Source: Eukaryota sp. TZLM1-RC (Eukaryota > Protista > Metamonada: BaSk clade). Taken from it: a stretch of DNA of 64,000 nucleotides. The position numbers and the translations under genes are program-made. Location: assembly GCA_040285825.1 (NCBI GenBank), contig JAUPSS010000003.1, positions 1,488,001 through 1,552,000 on the forward strand, read 5' to 3'. Below the pieces are notes generated by a model that was not told the origin of the DNA, ran no database searches, and saw nothing but the letters and a program-made list of their open reading frames with translations. Positions 12,307 through 23,296 of the stretch are shown piece by piece; the stretch's first letter is position 1, and each line of letters opens with the position of its first letter.

Positions 12307-13554
12307 ATGCCTGCTGCTGGTCATTCTTATAGAACTCATCCTGCACTTCCTCCCAACATTTCGCTTTCATCATCTAGTGTTTTATTGAACTCCAAGCAAG
12401 TGGAAATTGGTGATGAGTTTGGTTTTGATTCACTTGTCAGTCCAGTGAACAACCGCTCAAGATCATCCAAATCAAAGGGTTCCTACTACACGGTTCCACG
12501 TTCTCCTTTTATTAAGCCTTTACCTAAACCTAACACACATGATTCTTATAACAATGATTCCAACTCTAAATTAGATTCACCAAAATCATCTGCCACATCG
12601 ACCCAGTCTTCTAGCACTGTACAGTCACGACATCTTTATGTTAAAAAGTTGGCTAGCAAATGTAATATACCGATTCCTAACAATCCTCAGCCCACATTAC
12701 CATCAACAGAACCTCCAAAGTCTCCTCAGCCACAGTCATCCCCGTCTCACTCTCCTCCCCATCCACAACCTTCTACTCTACCTTCTCCTTCTCAATGTGC
12801 CCAGATCCACGCCCAAGTGTTGGAGGACTGTGAACGAGGTAGATTATTATGTAACTCTCGCTTACTCTCATCTAACCGCCCTCCTTCTAGAACATTGCGC
12901 CTTTTCTATGGTGATTTACCTCAATCAGATTCAGAATTGCTTTATGATAAGCAACAAAGAGTGCTGAGCTCCCAATCAGAGTACTTCTTACCTCCACGAC
13001 GACCGTCACTGCTGTCTGAAACAATTTCGCAGCATTTACCACAACCAAAACTCTCAAAAACCTATCAATCTGGTCCCAGAAAAGAAAAACAATTGTCAAA
13101 AATGGAAGATATTTTTCTAAAAGAGTATGATTTTTCTCGGATAAAAGAAGCTCAACATTCAAAACCTTTTGTTGTGGCTCCCGTAAAGGCAAGGTTATTT
13201 GAATGTCATAAGAAGCATGCTCCTAGAAAGCTGTGGATACATGAGTCTGAACAGGAGGGGGAACGATTTGCAGAGCAATGCAAGGAAGAAGAGAGACGGC
13301 GAGTGGAGGGATTGAGGAGGAAGAAGGAAAGAAAACTTCAAGAAAAACGGGAGAATCAAAGAGAATTTCTTAGAAGTCAATCAGCTTTGAGTTTCAGAGA
13401 TTCTTTATTGATCGGGGCTCCTTTTCAGTTATCTCAGTATAAACAATGCATGGAAGTAGAGGAAAAAAGAGTTTTGTCAGAAAGTAGTTCTGTTGAGCAA
13501 ATAGAGAATGTTTCAGCTGATATTGATAGCTTTGAAGAAAACAACCTTATATAG
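12307..13554 (+). CDS. Hypothetical protein (Ser/Pro-rich N-terminal half, charged helical C-terminal part)
   Basis: 415-aa uninterrupted ORF with host-like composition and no recognised motif. Confidence 0.7.
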   Translation: MPAAGHSYRTHPALPPNISLSSSSVLLNSKQVEIGDEFGFDSLVSPVNNRSRSSKSKGSYYTVPRSPFIKPLPKPNTHDSYNNDSNSKLDSPKSSATSTQSSSTVQSRHLYVKKLASKCNIPIPNNPQPTLPSTEPPKSPQPQSSPSHSPPHPQPSTLPSPSQCAQIHAQVLEDCERGRLLCNSRLLSSNRPPSRTLRLFYGDLPQSDSELLYDKQQRVLSSQSEYFLPPRRPSLLSETISQHLPQPKLSKTYQSGPRKEKQLSKMEDIFLKEYDFSRIKEAQHSKPFVVAPVKARLFECHKKHAPRKLWIHESEQEGERFAEQCKEEERRRVEGLRRKKERKLQEKRENQREFLRSQSALSFRDSLLIGAPFQLSQYKQCMEVEEKRVLSESSSVEQIENVSADIDSFEENNLI

Positions 13555-13790
13555 TTGTTTCAAGGACCATTTTATCAAATTTGGAATTAATATCTCGACT
13601 TGAATGAATTTATTACAATCAGATTTTTTTAGTATTGTACATATTTTACCAAATTTATATGTGTTTTTATTAATTTTTTGTTAAAACAAAACTGTTTTTA
13701 TTTATTTCGTTATTTAAAGATTTGGTATCCCCAATGAGCTCATTAATTACATAATGTACCATAATAAACATGACCATTTTCCACTTATTA

Positions 13791-14210
13791 CTATATCTGG
13801 TTAAATGTGGAACCTCTCCCACGTCCTCTACCTCTAAAAGGCCTGGTTGATCCACCACCTCTCTCGTAAGATCCGCGCCCACCACCTCGTCCACGCCCTC
13901 TACCTCTACCTCTACCCCTACCTCTTCCACGGGTACCACGAGCAGCGAGTTGGTCTTCTTCTACTTGCTTGGCCACTTCATCGATCAGAGAATCGGGGAA
14001 ACGGACAAAACGCACACCAATACCACGTAAATATATTTCAGACAGAGAGCATGTAGAAGAACCGTCTTTTGCAGTATAAGTAGTATCTTTGAGTTGAATA
14101 TTCATGAAGATATCAGAGTCTACCAGTGTACCTTCATAAAGTTCACCAGTTTTAAGTTCAACTGTAATTGGCTTGTTTTTCGCCGAAGAAAGAACATTAA
14201 GAGGTAGCAT
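13791..14210 (-). CDS. LSM4: U6 snRNA-associated Sm-like protein LSm4
   Basis: MLPLNVL..PITVELKTGE..G.L...D.FMN Sm1 motif, IYLRG Sm2 motif and an RG-repeat tail. The ATG at 14210 is preferred over 14240. Confidence 0.85.
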   Translation of the reverse strand: MLPLNVLSSAKNKPITVELKTGELYEGTLVDSDIFMNIQLKDTTYTAKDGSSTCSLSEIYLRGIGVRFVRFPDSLIDEVAKQVEEDQLAARGTRGRGRGRGRGRGRGRGGGRGSYERGGGSTRPFRGRGRGRGSTFNQI

Positions 14211-14276
14211 TGGCTTTGTAGTTGAGATTTTTGAGAACATTTGTTCATCCCAAGATCCTTTTTCAACATCAATTCA

Positions 14277-16616
14277 ATGACAAGTACAAATGATGATGCT
14301 CTTCAACGTCTTCAATGGATCGATTCAAACCTCGAACACGATCCAGGGAACTTAAATCTCAAAGTCGACAGAATCTTAGTTTTGAAAGAACTTGAACGCT
14401 CAGAGGACGTATCAATCGAACTTGAAGATCTCTCTGAACTCATCCCACTCTCTGAATCTCTTTGGACCCTTTATATAGCTAATGAACTTTCACTTGCTTC
14501 TGAACCTGATGACTATGAAGATATCGCCACTATTTACGTCAAATCCCTACGTGGCTACCATTCCACTTCACTTGCGATCTCTGCAATTGAGTTCTTCCAC
14601 TCCCTTCCTCTCTCCACAGTGGAACCTTTTCTTGATGAATTGGAGAGCTGTCTCTTGCGCCATGCATTAGATACAGCAGAGGGGCACTCAGTTTTGATAA
14701 AGTATTTTCAGTTGCTTATTCATTTTTACCAATCAAATGAGATTGTTCAATCAAAAATTTCGAGCTTAGCGCGTTCCTTTTGTTTTCATTTCCCTTTTGA
14801 ACACCACTTAGAAATTACCAATTACCTGAAGCAGCTACCTTTTGGAATTTCCCCTATTGATTCTATTTATGATGCTTCTTTGGGACTTTTGGGAGTATGC
14901 AGACCATTTGAAGAAAAAATATCATTTTACTCTAAGAATAATGACTTACAAAACCTAGAAAAAGAATTGAATAATTATATCAATCAATTACTAGATGATT
15001 TCAAATCATCTCACCATAAGTTATCCTATAAGAAACCCCCTAAATTTGTCTATTTAAGAGTTGTTTTTTCCATCTTTGACAAGCATTTAGAAAAGTTTTC
15101 ACTTAATTTACATTATTCTCTTAAGTTTTTAAAAAGTTTATTGGTCATTTATAAGTCTATTCCCATGGAATCAGCTTCTGAATTTGATTTAAATTTATTT
15201 AATTTTGTAATGGTTTTGTTTTCCAAAGTATATCCTAATAATGCTGATATCTTTGCCTTAATTCAAACAATCGAGTGCTTTTGCTATCGTGATTCAGAAT
15301 TTGTTTTTGAAAATAGAATCAATAGTCTAATTAATTCAGTTTCTACCTTAAAAATTCAATTAACTGCAAAAGAACAAGCATTGGCAAAAGCTAACAAAGC
15401 GAAAAAGAAACAGGAAAGACAGGAGTTGGTTTTGGAAATTACAAAATTGGAAGAATCTTTGTTTTTGTTCACATTGTCGTTGACCATTTTGCTAAAAAGA
15501 ATCAGTTTAAATTCAAATTCAAATTCTGTGTTTTCGGCGCTTTCTCCTTATTTAACTTCGTTTTCCAAGGTTTTTCAAACCTCTGGTACTGCAATTGCTT
15601 GTTTTCTATATTCAATTTTTAAAGATACTAAAAGTGACCTTGCTCACAAGATTCTTCTCGACTTTTTGAAATCGTTTGATACTAAAATTCCTTCAAATCC
15701 AACAACATTGAGCTTACCATCACTTATGATTCTTTTGTTTTTAAAAACAGACGAAAATTTATTAATCTTTTCCAGAGAATTATGCAAAAGGGCAGGAATA
15801 AGTTTATCTGGCCATCGATTTGTCACTGAAGTTTTAGCCATTTTGAACTCTTCGTCACTTTCCGAATATTTTGAACTATTGAGCTCTTTTTCTGGACTGA
15901 TCCTCAAATATTTTGATGAACAAATCCCCTTATTCCCTATACATTCTGCGGAAAAACCTTCTCCAGTGCAATTCCAACAATCCTCCGCACTTGCTGGTTC
16001 AAAAAGATCTTCTCAAGGAGCAGAACCAATGGAAAAGCAAGCACGTACCACGAAGGACACAGAGGGAGGGGAAAAGAAGGACGAAGGGAGGAAGGAAACT
16101 AAAGATGTGAATTGCACAGTGTTTGTTCATAATCTAGGTCGTTCAGTTACTGAATCCACTGTCCGTGATCTCTTTTCATCAGCCGGACCTGTCAAGTCAA
16201 TCAGAATTCCCTTGACTTCAAAGGGGGCAAGGGGAATTGCCTACGTGGAGTTTGGTGATGAAAAATCAGCCACCCAGGCACTTTTACTTGACCAAAGTAT
16301 GCTTCCTGGAACAAATAGAAGAATCTCTGTAAAGCCAAGTATCAAGGAGCGACAGTCAATGGAAAGCATTCTGTTCCTCTCCAAATTACCTACAGATATT
16401 AGTCCAGCCACTCTGAGGCAGTGGATTACGGAAACCTATCACGTGACTGATGGCGTTGATGACGTCAGAGTGCGCAGAGCTCGTAGTGGTGACACTGTTG
16501 CTTACGTCACTTGTAAGACTTCAGAAATTGCAAGTAATATAGTTGAACAAAGCAAAATAGATGAAACACCATTGGAAGGCACTGTTCCGTGTGTAGATTA
16601 TGCTAGACCAAAGTAA
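14277..16616 (+). CDS. SART3/Prp24-like protein (HAT-like N-terminus, two C-terminal RRMs)
   Basis: PLSESLWTLYI..E HAT-like start; RRM motifs TVFVHNL and RGIAYVEF; second RRM LFLSKLP..VAYVT. The first ATG is at 14277. Confidence 0.65.
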   Translation: MTSTNDDALQRLQWIDSNLEHDPGNLNLKVDRILVLKELERSEDVSIELEDLSELIPLSESLWTLYIANELSLASEPDDYEDIATIYVKSLRGYHSTSLAISAIEFFHSLPLSTVEPFLDELESCLLRHALDTAEGHSVLIKYFQLLIHFYQSNEIVQSKISSLARSFCFHFPFEHHLEITNYLKQLPFGISPIDSIYDASLGLLGVCRPFEEKISFYSKNNDLQNLEKELNNYINQLLDDFKSSHHKLSYKKPPKFVYLRVVFSIFDKHLEKFSLNLHYSLKFLKSLLVIYKSIPMESASEFDLNLFNFVMVLFSKVYPNNADIFALIQTIECFCYRDSEFVFENRINSLINSVSTLKIQLTAKEQALAKANKAKKKQERQELVLEITKLEESLFLFTLSLTILLKRISLNSNSNSVFSALSPYLTSFSKVFQTSGTAIACFLYSIFKDTKSDLAHKILLDFLKSFDTKIPSNPTTLSLPSLMILLFLKTDENLLIFSRELCKRAGISLSGHRFVTEVLAILNSSSLSEYFELLSSFSGLILKYFDEQIPLFPIHSAEKPSPVQFQQSSALAGSKRSSQGAEPMEKQARTTKDTEGGEKKDEGRKETKDVNCTVFVHNLGRSVTESTVRDLFSSAGPVKSIRIPLTSKGARGIAYVEFGDEKSATQALLLDQSMLPGTNRRISVKPSIKERQSMESILFLSKLPTDISPATLRQWITETYHVTDGVDDVRVRRARSGDTVAYVTCKTSEIASNIVEQSKIDETPLEGTVPCVDYARPK

Positions 16617-16944
16617 GTAGAAGCAGAGCAATCAACAGTAAATGAATCTTCGGTAATAATCAAAAGATTAAGATTAATGGTTGAAAGTTTATTTTTTTAT
16701 TGTCCATTATTTGTTTCTTTTGTATAATTTTGAAGATTTATAATTAGAAATTCTGTTTCAATAAATCTTGTGTTCAGGTTAATTCACTATTTGAATCCTG
16801 AAACTTTACCTTGATTAATTTCTTGAGAAATCCTCCCTTTCAGACACAACAAAAACTCACAGTACTGTTGATTGTAATGTGTATTAATATACTTAATTTG
16901 AAGTAATTCAATAATCAATTCACAAAAGCTATAAGAAAAGCTAT

Positions 16945-18081
16945 TTATTTACAGAATTTTTCAGCAGAAAAAAGTGACGAACTAAAATCTATTTCCTCAT
17001 GATCCACAAACTCCCAACATAAAGGGTTATCATCATCATCTCTATAATAATAATCACATGCCTTGTAAACAAAACCGTTCGTCACATAAAACAAAACAGT
17101 TTCGCCACAAGACGGACAATATCCTTTGATTTCTGCCAATTTAGTTCCATCCTCCATGAAGGTATAATTACCAGTAAGCTCCATTGTGTCAACAAGAGGA
17201 TTAACGAGCAGACCATCAGTAATACAATCAGGAACAGTTTGATAAGTACAACCATCAGACTGCCTAGTGTATTTGATAGTTGAATCACAAAGAGTATCAA
17301 ATCCCTCCCCGCTACCTTGTACATACACCCTATTGTTGGGGGTAATTAAATCGAAAGCTGATTTAGAACCATCAACCTCTTTGAGTTTGAATACCTTATA
17401 AAGTGGATCAATCGGCAGGTCAGTACATGATTGATTGTAATCAAAAACACCATCAGTTTTTAACCGTTCCGACCCCATAAACGTGTATACATTTTCAACA
17501 GATCCTTCATTCACAACTAGCTGCACCAGGAACCCTGTTTGGGAAGAGAGACACCACTGGTAGGAGACAGAACCTCTTGTTGCTTTATATGGAACACAGA
17601 CAGTGTCGTCGACGGTAATAGGAGCCAGTCTAATTACCCCCTCTTCAGGGACGAGAAAGAGGTTCTTCACCGAGAGGCCACATTGGTCCCTCACTGAGAG
17701 ACAGCTAGTGAGGTTGTAGGTGATGTTCTTGGCACAGAGAATGGCATGATCATTCATCTGGCCAGTCCATAGGTCAAAGTGGGATGAGTCGGCGGCATAG
17801 AGCGAGATAGAGACGTCTGATTCAAATACTTCATGTGTGTAATTGGAAGTGAAGTGGTACCACTGCCCTAGAGATGAACGCTCTGGAATATTGTCTGGTT
17901 CAGGGGGATGTTCAGTTTCTGAGTAGATGACAGCCACTAAGAGTAGTATGAACAGAAAGAATGATGTGATTGTAATGATCCACTTACGTCGTTTCAATGC
18001 CTTGTTTGTTTTCAAGGTATCATATCTGGGAAGCGCCTGTGAATACTCATCAAAGTCAGGGGTTCGTAAAGCTGAAGTCAT
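16945..18081 (-). CDS. Type II membrane protein of unknown function, Cys-containing ectodomain
   Basis: KRRK followed by a single hydrophobic helix, then about 320 aa with paired cysteines. Confidence 0.7.
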   Translation of the reverse strand: MTSALRTPDFDEYSQALPRYDTLKTNKALKRRKWIITITSFFLFILLLVAVIYSETEHPPEPDNIPERSSLGQWYHFTSNYTHEVFESDVSISLYAADSSHFDLWTGQMNDHAILCAKNITYNLTSCLSVRDQCGLSVKNLFLVPEEGVIRLAPITVDDTVCVPYKATRGSVSYQWCLSSQTGFLVQLVVNEGSVENVYTFMGSERLKTDGVFDYNQSCTDLPIDPLYKVFKLKEVDGSKSAFDLITPNNRVYVQGSGEGFDTLCDSTIKYTRQSDGCTYQTVPDCITDGLLVNPLVDTMELTGNYTFMEDGTKLAEIKGYCPSCGETVLFYVTNGFVYKACDYYYRDDDDNPLCWEFVDHEEIDFSSSLFSAEKFCK

Positions 18082-18085
18082 TGTA

Positions 18086-18157
18086 ACAGATATTGTCTAT
18101 AACAATGAAATAAGTGTCCTTTTTACACCGACGTAGAGGGACTGAGTTTATGTCTGT
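18086..18157 (-). ncRNA. Candidate compact Fanzor omegaRNA scaffold (family A)
   Basis: Noncoding segment between the Fanzor stop and the conserved end, containing the hairpin ATTGT-TATAG-ACAAT. The last 35 nt are identical to 1710-1744. Position and size fit known Fanzor omegaRNAs. Confidence 0.45.
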
Positions 18158-18720
18158 TTATACATGTTCATTTTCTCCTTTATACTTTTTTCTTTGAACC
18201 ATTGTCAACCTTGGCTCTTTCTAGGTATTTCGGTCTATCTCCACCATTTACATGTGCTTCCATCACTGCCAAGATATTCAGCGAAGCATTTCGATCTCTA
18301 TTCCACAAACTTTCGCATGATTTACACATGGTGAGCCCGTGACGAATATACATTTCATGCCTCTTCCATGGCCTAGGATTACTGCACCATCGGAATGTTG
18401 TTTGTTTGGAATGTTGTTCGCTGTCTTTGATTCCAATAACTACTTGGCTGATTGCTTGTTTCTGATTTGAAGCTTTGAATCCGTTTTTGCCTCAGACTTT
18501 GTGCCATTTGTATCACCCCATTGTCTCAGTTTTCTGAATATTTCTAGATGATAAATTTCACTAATGATGTCATTTATATAATTGTTTTCCTGACTGTACT
18601 GGATAACTCTCTCAAATCTGCATCTTTTGAGGTTGAACTGGGATAAAGTTGCTTCCCATTCTGCTACAGACTTAGTTGTGTGATCATTGTTATCCAAGTT
18701 CAATGAGTAATCAATATCAG
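18086..18720 (-). mobile_element. Decayed Fanzor element, family A copy 2
   Basis: AEWEATLSQFN..EIFRKLRQW; C-terminus HGLTMCKSCESLWNRDRNASLNILAVMEAHVNGGDRPKYLER (zinc finger and RuvC-III); about 70 nt of noncoding 3' end. Confidence 0.85.
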
Positions 18721-19943
18721 ACAAGAATGCTAGTAATGTCAGTCCTGATCATCAACAGAAGAGCAACGAACTACTATCCAGGATTGAGTTGGCCAAAAGG
18801 CAAGTCACTCACAGCCTATGGTCAAGCGAACCTCCACCCAAAAAGGTCAAAATTCCAGATTTTATGGACTTTTCCAGTGACTCCTCAGATACTGACCATG
18901 ATTCGATATTTGATGGTTTAATTTGGTGGTTTCTTTTTGACAAGAAGTGTCACAAAACATTTTCATTTATTATTATTATTATTTTATTTATTTTCTGAAT
19001 CAACGAATCAAGGTTTTGTTCATTTACAATTGATTTTTTTGATTGTTTGGACACTAATTATATCACCGTCGATTTTTCTTCGTTTTTAATATTGAATTTT
19101 TCAATCAAATAATTCTTTTACAAATCAGCGCACTCTGTTTTTCTTTAATTATTTTATATAAGAATCGAGCAATCCTTTATTACATTTTCCAATTTTTTTG
19201 CTTGGCTTTCTTGCTTTAATTTCAGTACCTGCATTGTATTGCCATCTATGAGACAAAAGCAACGAACACACTGAATATCTTGAAATTCCTACTAAGTCTT
19301 CAGCTTTTTTGAATTTTAATTGTAAATCTGTTTTAGCTTTTCGTTTTCTACAACCTGCATCTTTATCCAATTCTAATAAACTTTGTTTTTCTTCTATTTG
19401 TAGGTAAGGTTCTATTGAATTAAATCATTTGCCTTCATCAATTCAATTTCACTCATTCCTTGACTCAGGGATTTTTCCAGAAGAGTCCATGACCCCACTC
19501 AAGCAGTTTATTTTAACCAAATGTACCACTGCCATGACTTTCAACAATTTGTTGTCTTCAACATTTGCAACAACATCACAAAATGAACACAGGTACGCAA
19601 TAGATGAACTAACACCTTCCTACTGGAAAAAATGTTGTATTGCGGATGAAAAAAGTGGTAAATTTTTTTATATTATCATTGAATGATGTTTACAATTTAA
19701 TTCAACTTCAGTTCAGTTTGATGTCTTTAATCCATAACTCAACCCTAGAATTAGTGTTTTATAAATTTTCGATTCTTCCAAACAATAGTGCAAGAATTGC
19801 GCTTTGTAGCTGATGTCTGCAAATGGAAGTGGACAGTGAGCGCTCTTTTGCTTTTAGAATTTTTGATAGATTACCATTGAAATGACTATAGTCTGTTAAT
19901 AGTTGATTAGCTTCTCTTCACCTCCACCACAACTTATTTTCCA

Positions 19944-22900
19944 ATGAGCTTTCTCTTTCGGAAGAAGGAGAGTACGTCTGTCAGAAATGCAGAACCAGCA
20001 CCTCCGCCAATGCCTCCCCCTGATCAACTTCACCAAATTTTTGATGAACTTTTACAAGACTTAATGGTTACTGGAAGTCAACGTGAGCAAATGCTTGCTA
20101 TGCCAGATAACACAAAATGGACTATCATACTTTCAAACCGTTCTCTTGAAGAGGTGCAAAAGGCTTCTACTCGTTCTGACGATAAACCTGAATTTCTTGC
20201 CTCTGCAATACAACATGACCTTAGTGTAGCCAATGCTCGTACTCTCAGAGTTAAACTTTCAACTGGTCAACAGAAGTGGTTACAGTCTTTTTTGGCCTTC
20301 AATGATGGTCTGAAGGCTATTGTAAAATCCCTTTCTCATGTAAATGAAACCTTGCTTACTTGGTCACACAATCCTGAACTTGATATTTACAAGTATATTG
20401 AAATTCAGTTAGAATTACTCCTCTCTCTCAGAGCTCTAGTCAATGCTGAGTATTCTTCCAAGGCTGTTGTTGCCGACCAATCTGCTGTTTCTTGCACATT
20501 GGCAACTCTTTATTGTCCAAAGTTTTCCAGGGATCTTTCTCAAATCAATTTAGTAGATAAATCCAAAATTACTGCCTTGGAAATTCTATCTGCGGTTTGC
20601 TGTCTTTCTTGCAGTGGTTACCTTTTGGTTTTAGAAGCATGTAACTCTACTGTTTCTCAAAGCAATTCTGATGTGTGTAGCAAATGGAGTTGGGCTGATT
20701 TATGTCCTATATTAACTTATTCATCCATTGATGTACAACTTATGGTCCTCATGTGGATAAATGTGTTGTTTTCTAAAATAGAAGCCCTGCACACGAGACT
20801 GCAGCTTCGCAAAGAAATTCTGGACTCTGGGGTTAGGTCACTGCTAGATCAACTGTCTCAATCTCATTCCAATGAGTTACTTCGCCATTACCAGCACTTT
20901 CTTATGGATCAGACTGAAGACGAAGAAGAGCTGGTGATTGAAAGAGAGACACTGTTACAGGACCGTTTCTCATCAAACTCTTCTGTTGGATGCAACACAG
21001 AATCCGTTATCACAAATGATGCTGATGTTATGGTTGACCTTATGGAGGAACCCAAATCAACTGAACATAACCAACTTTCGATGATTGATGTTGGAATCAA
21101 TGTGGAACTTGTCAGTGAAGCAGTGAGGATCTCAAAGGATAACCCTGTGAGTCTAAGCAAGCCTTCCCTTGGAAGTCAGTCTCCTAAGGAAAAGCCAAAG
21201 AGACAACCTCCTCAAGCGCCGGCAGCACCCCCTCCCCCTCCTCCACTTCCTTCTGAGTCTGCACAGCCGCCCAGTGCACCTCCAGCTCCTCCATTACCTA
21301 CTTCTTCTGGTCCACCACCACCACCTCTGCCAGGATCTGTATCTTCTCCCATCTCAAACTGTCCACCACCTCCTCCTCTACCTGGTTGTAACAATGCACC
21401 ACCACCATCACCCATCCCTGGTTCTTTCGCACCTGCTCCACCTCCGTTGCCTGGAATGACTGCGGTTTCTGATAACAAAGCTCCCCCACCTCCCCCACTT
21501 CCTGGAATGCCTGGACCTCCCGCTCCCCCAATTCCTGGTTCTGGGGCTCCTCCTCCTCCTCCACCACCACCACCACCAGGGATGCCTGGAATGCCTCCCC
21601 CTCCAATAGGAAAGATGCCTGGCATTAAACCTAAGCGCAAAGACCCCAAACCTCCTGTCCCGGTAAAATCTCTACATTGGACGAAGATTCCTGACACCCG
21701 TGTTGGGGCCGACACCATATGGGCACCTTCCAACATCAACGAATCTAATGTTGGCCTGGACAAGAACGATTTGTACAATACATTCTGTATAGAACAAGCT
21801 TCCAAGCCAAGTACGGAAAAGTCAAGCAAACCTGCTGAAACGGCCACTCCTACCACAATTACTCTCTTGGATGGACAGCGATCCAAAACCATGGCTATTG
21901 TGCTTATTACACTTCGCATGGAGTTTTCAGTTTTACGTAAAGCTCTACTTACTCTTGATACTTCTCTCCTCTCTAGCGAACGTGCAAAGGTGATGCTCAC
22001 CGCCGTACCCACTTCTGATGAGTGCGAACTGGTCCGTAATTATGATGGTGATGTGGCAAAGTTGGATACACCAGAGAAGTTTATCTATAATATTATGGAT
22101 ATTCCCCGACTTTCTCAACGTTTAGAGTGTTTTTCATTAAGAAAACGGTTACCTGAAGCTCTGAATAACATTGATTCTCTCAGTATTAAAGTGACCGATT
22201 TTTGTAAGCAACTCTTAAATTCTGAGAAGTTTGCTCTTCTACTTGAAGTAGTTTTAGCTGTGGGGAATACCCTAAATGCAGGGTCGTTCAAAGGGGGAGC
22301 GAGTGCATTCAAATTAGAAAGTTTACCAAAATTAGCTGATACCAGAGGAAAGAATAATGTCACTCTTTTACATTATATAACAAACATTGTTTTAACTAAG
22401 GAACGTTATACTAGCAAATCTGTGGCTTCGTGGGTAGATGATGTTTCTCTTCTTTCTTCTTTTGACAGAGGGTCTATTACAATCATTAAGGGCGATTTGC
22501 AAGAGGCTAAGGTGATGTTCAAGACAGTTGAAACAGAAGCTAATCAAGACTCAGATGTGCAGGATGATCTTTTCCATAAAAAATTGCAACCATTCTACCA
22601 AGAAATGAAAAAACTATTGGAAAAGGTTGAAAATCAAGTTGATGTTGCTGAAAAAGAGGTGAATTATTTAATCAAGTATTTTGGCGAGGATCCATCAAAA
22701 ACTGATTTTGAATCTTTAATTCAGGCAATTTCCCAATTCCAAAAGGTATTTTCTAATGCTGTCAAGGACAACAAAAAGGCTGAAGAAGCTGAAGCTAAAA
22801 AGAAGGCTGCAGAGAATAGTCCAAAATCTGGAAAGAAAACTCCACTTCAACAAGCCCAAGCAAAGCGAATGGTCCCAGCTCCTGGTAATAAGGGTCAGAG

Positions 22901-22994
22901 TCCTTTAATGAGTAATCAGAATGGTCTTTTAGATTCGCTACTGGGAGAATTGAAGTCGGGTCGAGCTTTCGCTAAACGAAAAGTGCTATCCTAA
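19944..22994 (+). CDS. Diaphanous-related formin (GBD/FH3, FH1, FH2)
   Basis: MLAMPDNTKW GBD start, polyproline FH1, and FH2 motifs KSLHWTKI and GNTLNAG...AFKLESL.KL.D. Confidence 0.95.
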   Translation: MSFLFRKKESTSVRNAEPAPPPMPPPDQLHQIFDELLQDLMVTGSQREQMLAMPDNTKWTIILSNRSLEEVQKASTRSDDKPEFLASAIQHDLSVANARTLRVKLSTGQQKWLQSFLAFNDGLKAIVKSLSHVNETLLTWSHNPELDIYKYIEIQLELLLSLRALVNAEYSSKAVVADQSAVSCTLATLYCPKFSRDLSQINLVDKSKITALEILSAVCCLSCSGYLLVLEACNSTVSQSNSDVCSKWSWADLCPILTYSSIDVQLMVLMWINVLFSKIEALHTRLQLRKEILDSGVRSLLDQLSQSHSNELLRHYQHFLMDQTEDEEELVIERETLLQDRFSSNSSVGCNTESVITNDADVMVDLMEEPKSTEHNQLSMIDVGINVELVSEAVRISKDNPVSLSKPSLGSQSPKEKPKRQPPQAPAAPPPPPPLPSESAQPPSAPPAPPLPTSSGPPPPPLPGSVSSPISNCPPPPPLPGCNNAPPPSPIPGSFAPAPPPLPGMTAVSDNKAPPPPPLPGMPGPPAPPIPGSGAPPPPPPPPPPGMPGMPPPPIGKMPGIKPKRKDPKPPVPVKSLHWTKIPDTRVGADTIWAPSNINESNVGLDKNDLYNTFCIEQASKPSTEKSSKPAETATPTTITLLDGQRSKTMAIVLITLRMEFSVLRKALLTLDTSLLSSERAKVMLTAVPTSDECELVRNYDGDVAKLDTPEKFIYNIMDIPRLSQRLECFSLRKRLPEALNNIDSLSIKVTDFCKQLLNSEKFALLLEVVLAVGNTLNAGSFKGGASAFKLESLPKLADTRGKNNVTLLHYITNIVLTKERYTSKSVASWVDDVSLLSSFDRGSITIIKGDLQEAKVMFKTVETEANQDSDVQDDLFHKKLQPFYQEMKKLLEKVENQVDVAEKEVNYLIKYFGEDPSKTDFESLIQAISQFQKVFSNAVKDNKKAEEAEAKKKAAENSPKSGKKTPLQQAQAKRMVPAPGNKGQSPLMSNQNGLLDSLLGELKSGRAFAKRKVLS

Positions 22995-23296
22995 TTTAAT
23001 TGATTATTTTTTGCTGTGTTTTATTTAGTGTAATAACTGTTTTATTGTTTTCATCAATAACAGCATTGTCGATATTATGTAAATCTCTTTTTTTTGTCAT
23101 AAGCATTGTTTTCAGATTCTAAACCACACTTTCTACATTGTTTTATACTTTTGACTTTGCAAATATTAATTTCTTACTCCATCGGCATACTACTTTGAAC
23201 TGTCTGTATTAACAATGGTAAAAAAGAAGAGAGCGCTGAGTACATGCTATTTGGATAAACAAAATATCCATAGAAAGCCTCAAGACAACCTGTTAA

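Noticed and set aside
16612-16700. GTAAGT overlapping the stop of the SART3-like gene as a possible intron donor
   Set aside because: No convincing acceptor or downstream exon with an LSm-binding motif was found.
19150-19900. Possible MULE/SWIM transposase remnant on the minus strand (VHLVKINCLSGV..GKIP)
   Set aside because: The Cys/His ligands are mostly missing; too degenerate to call without a profile search.
21212-22012. Gly-rich 266-aa minus-strand ORF
   Set aside because: Antisense shadow of the formin polyproline region.
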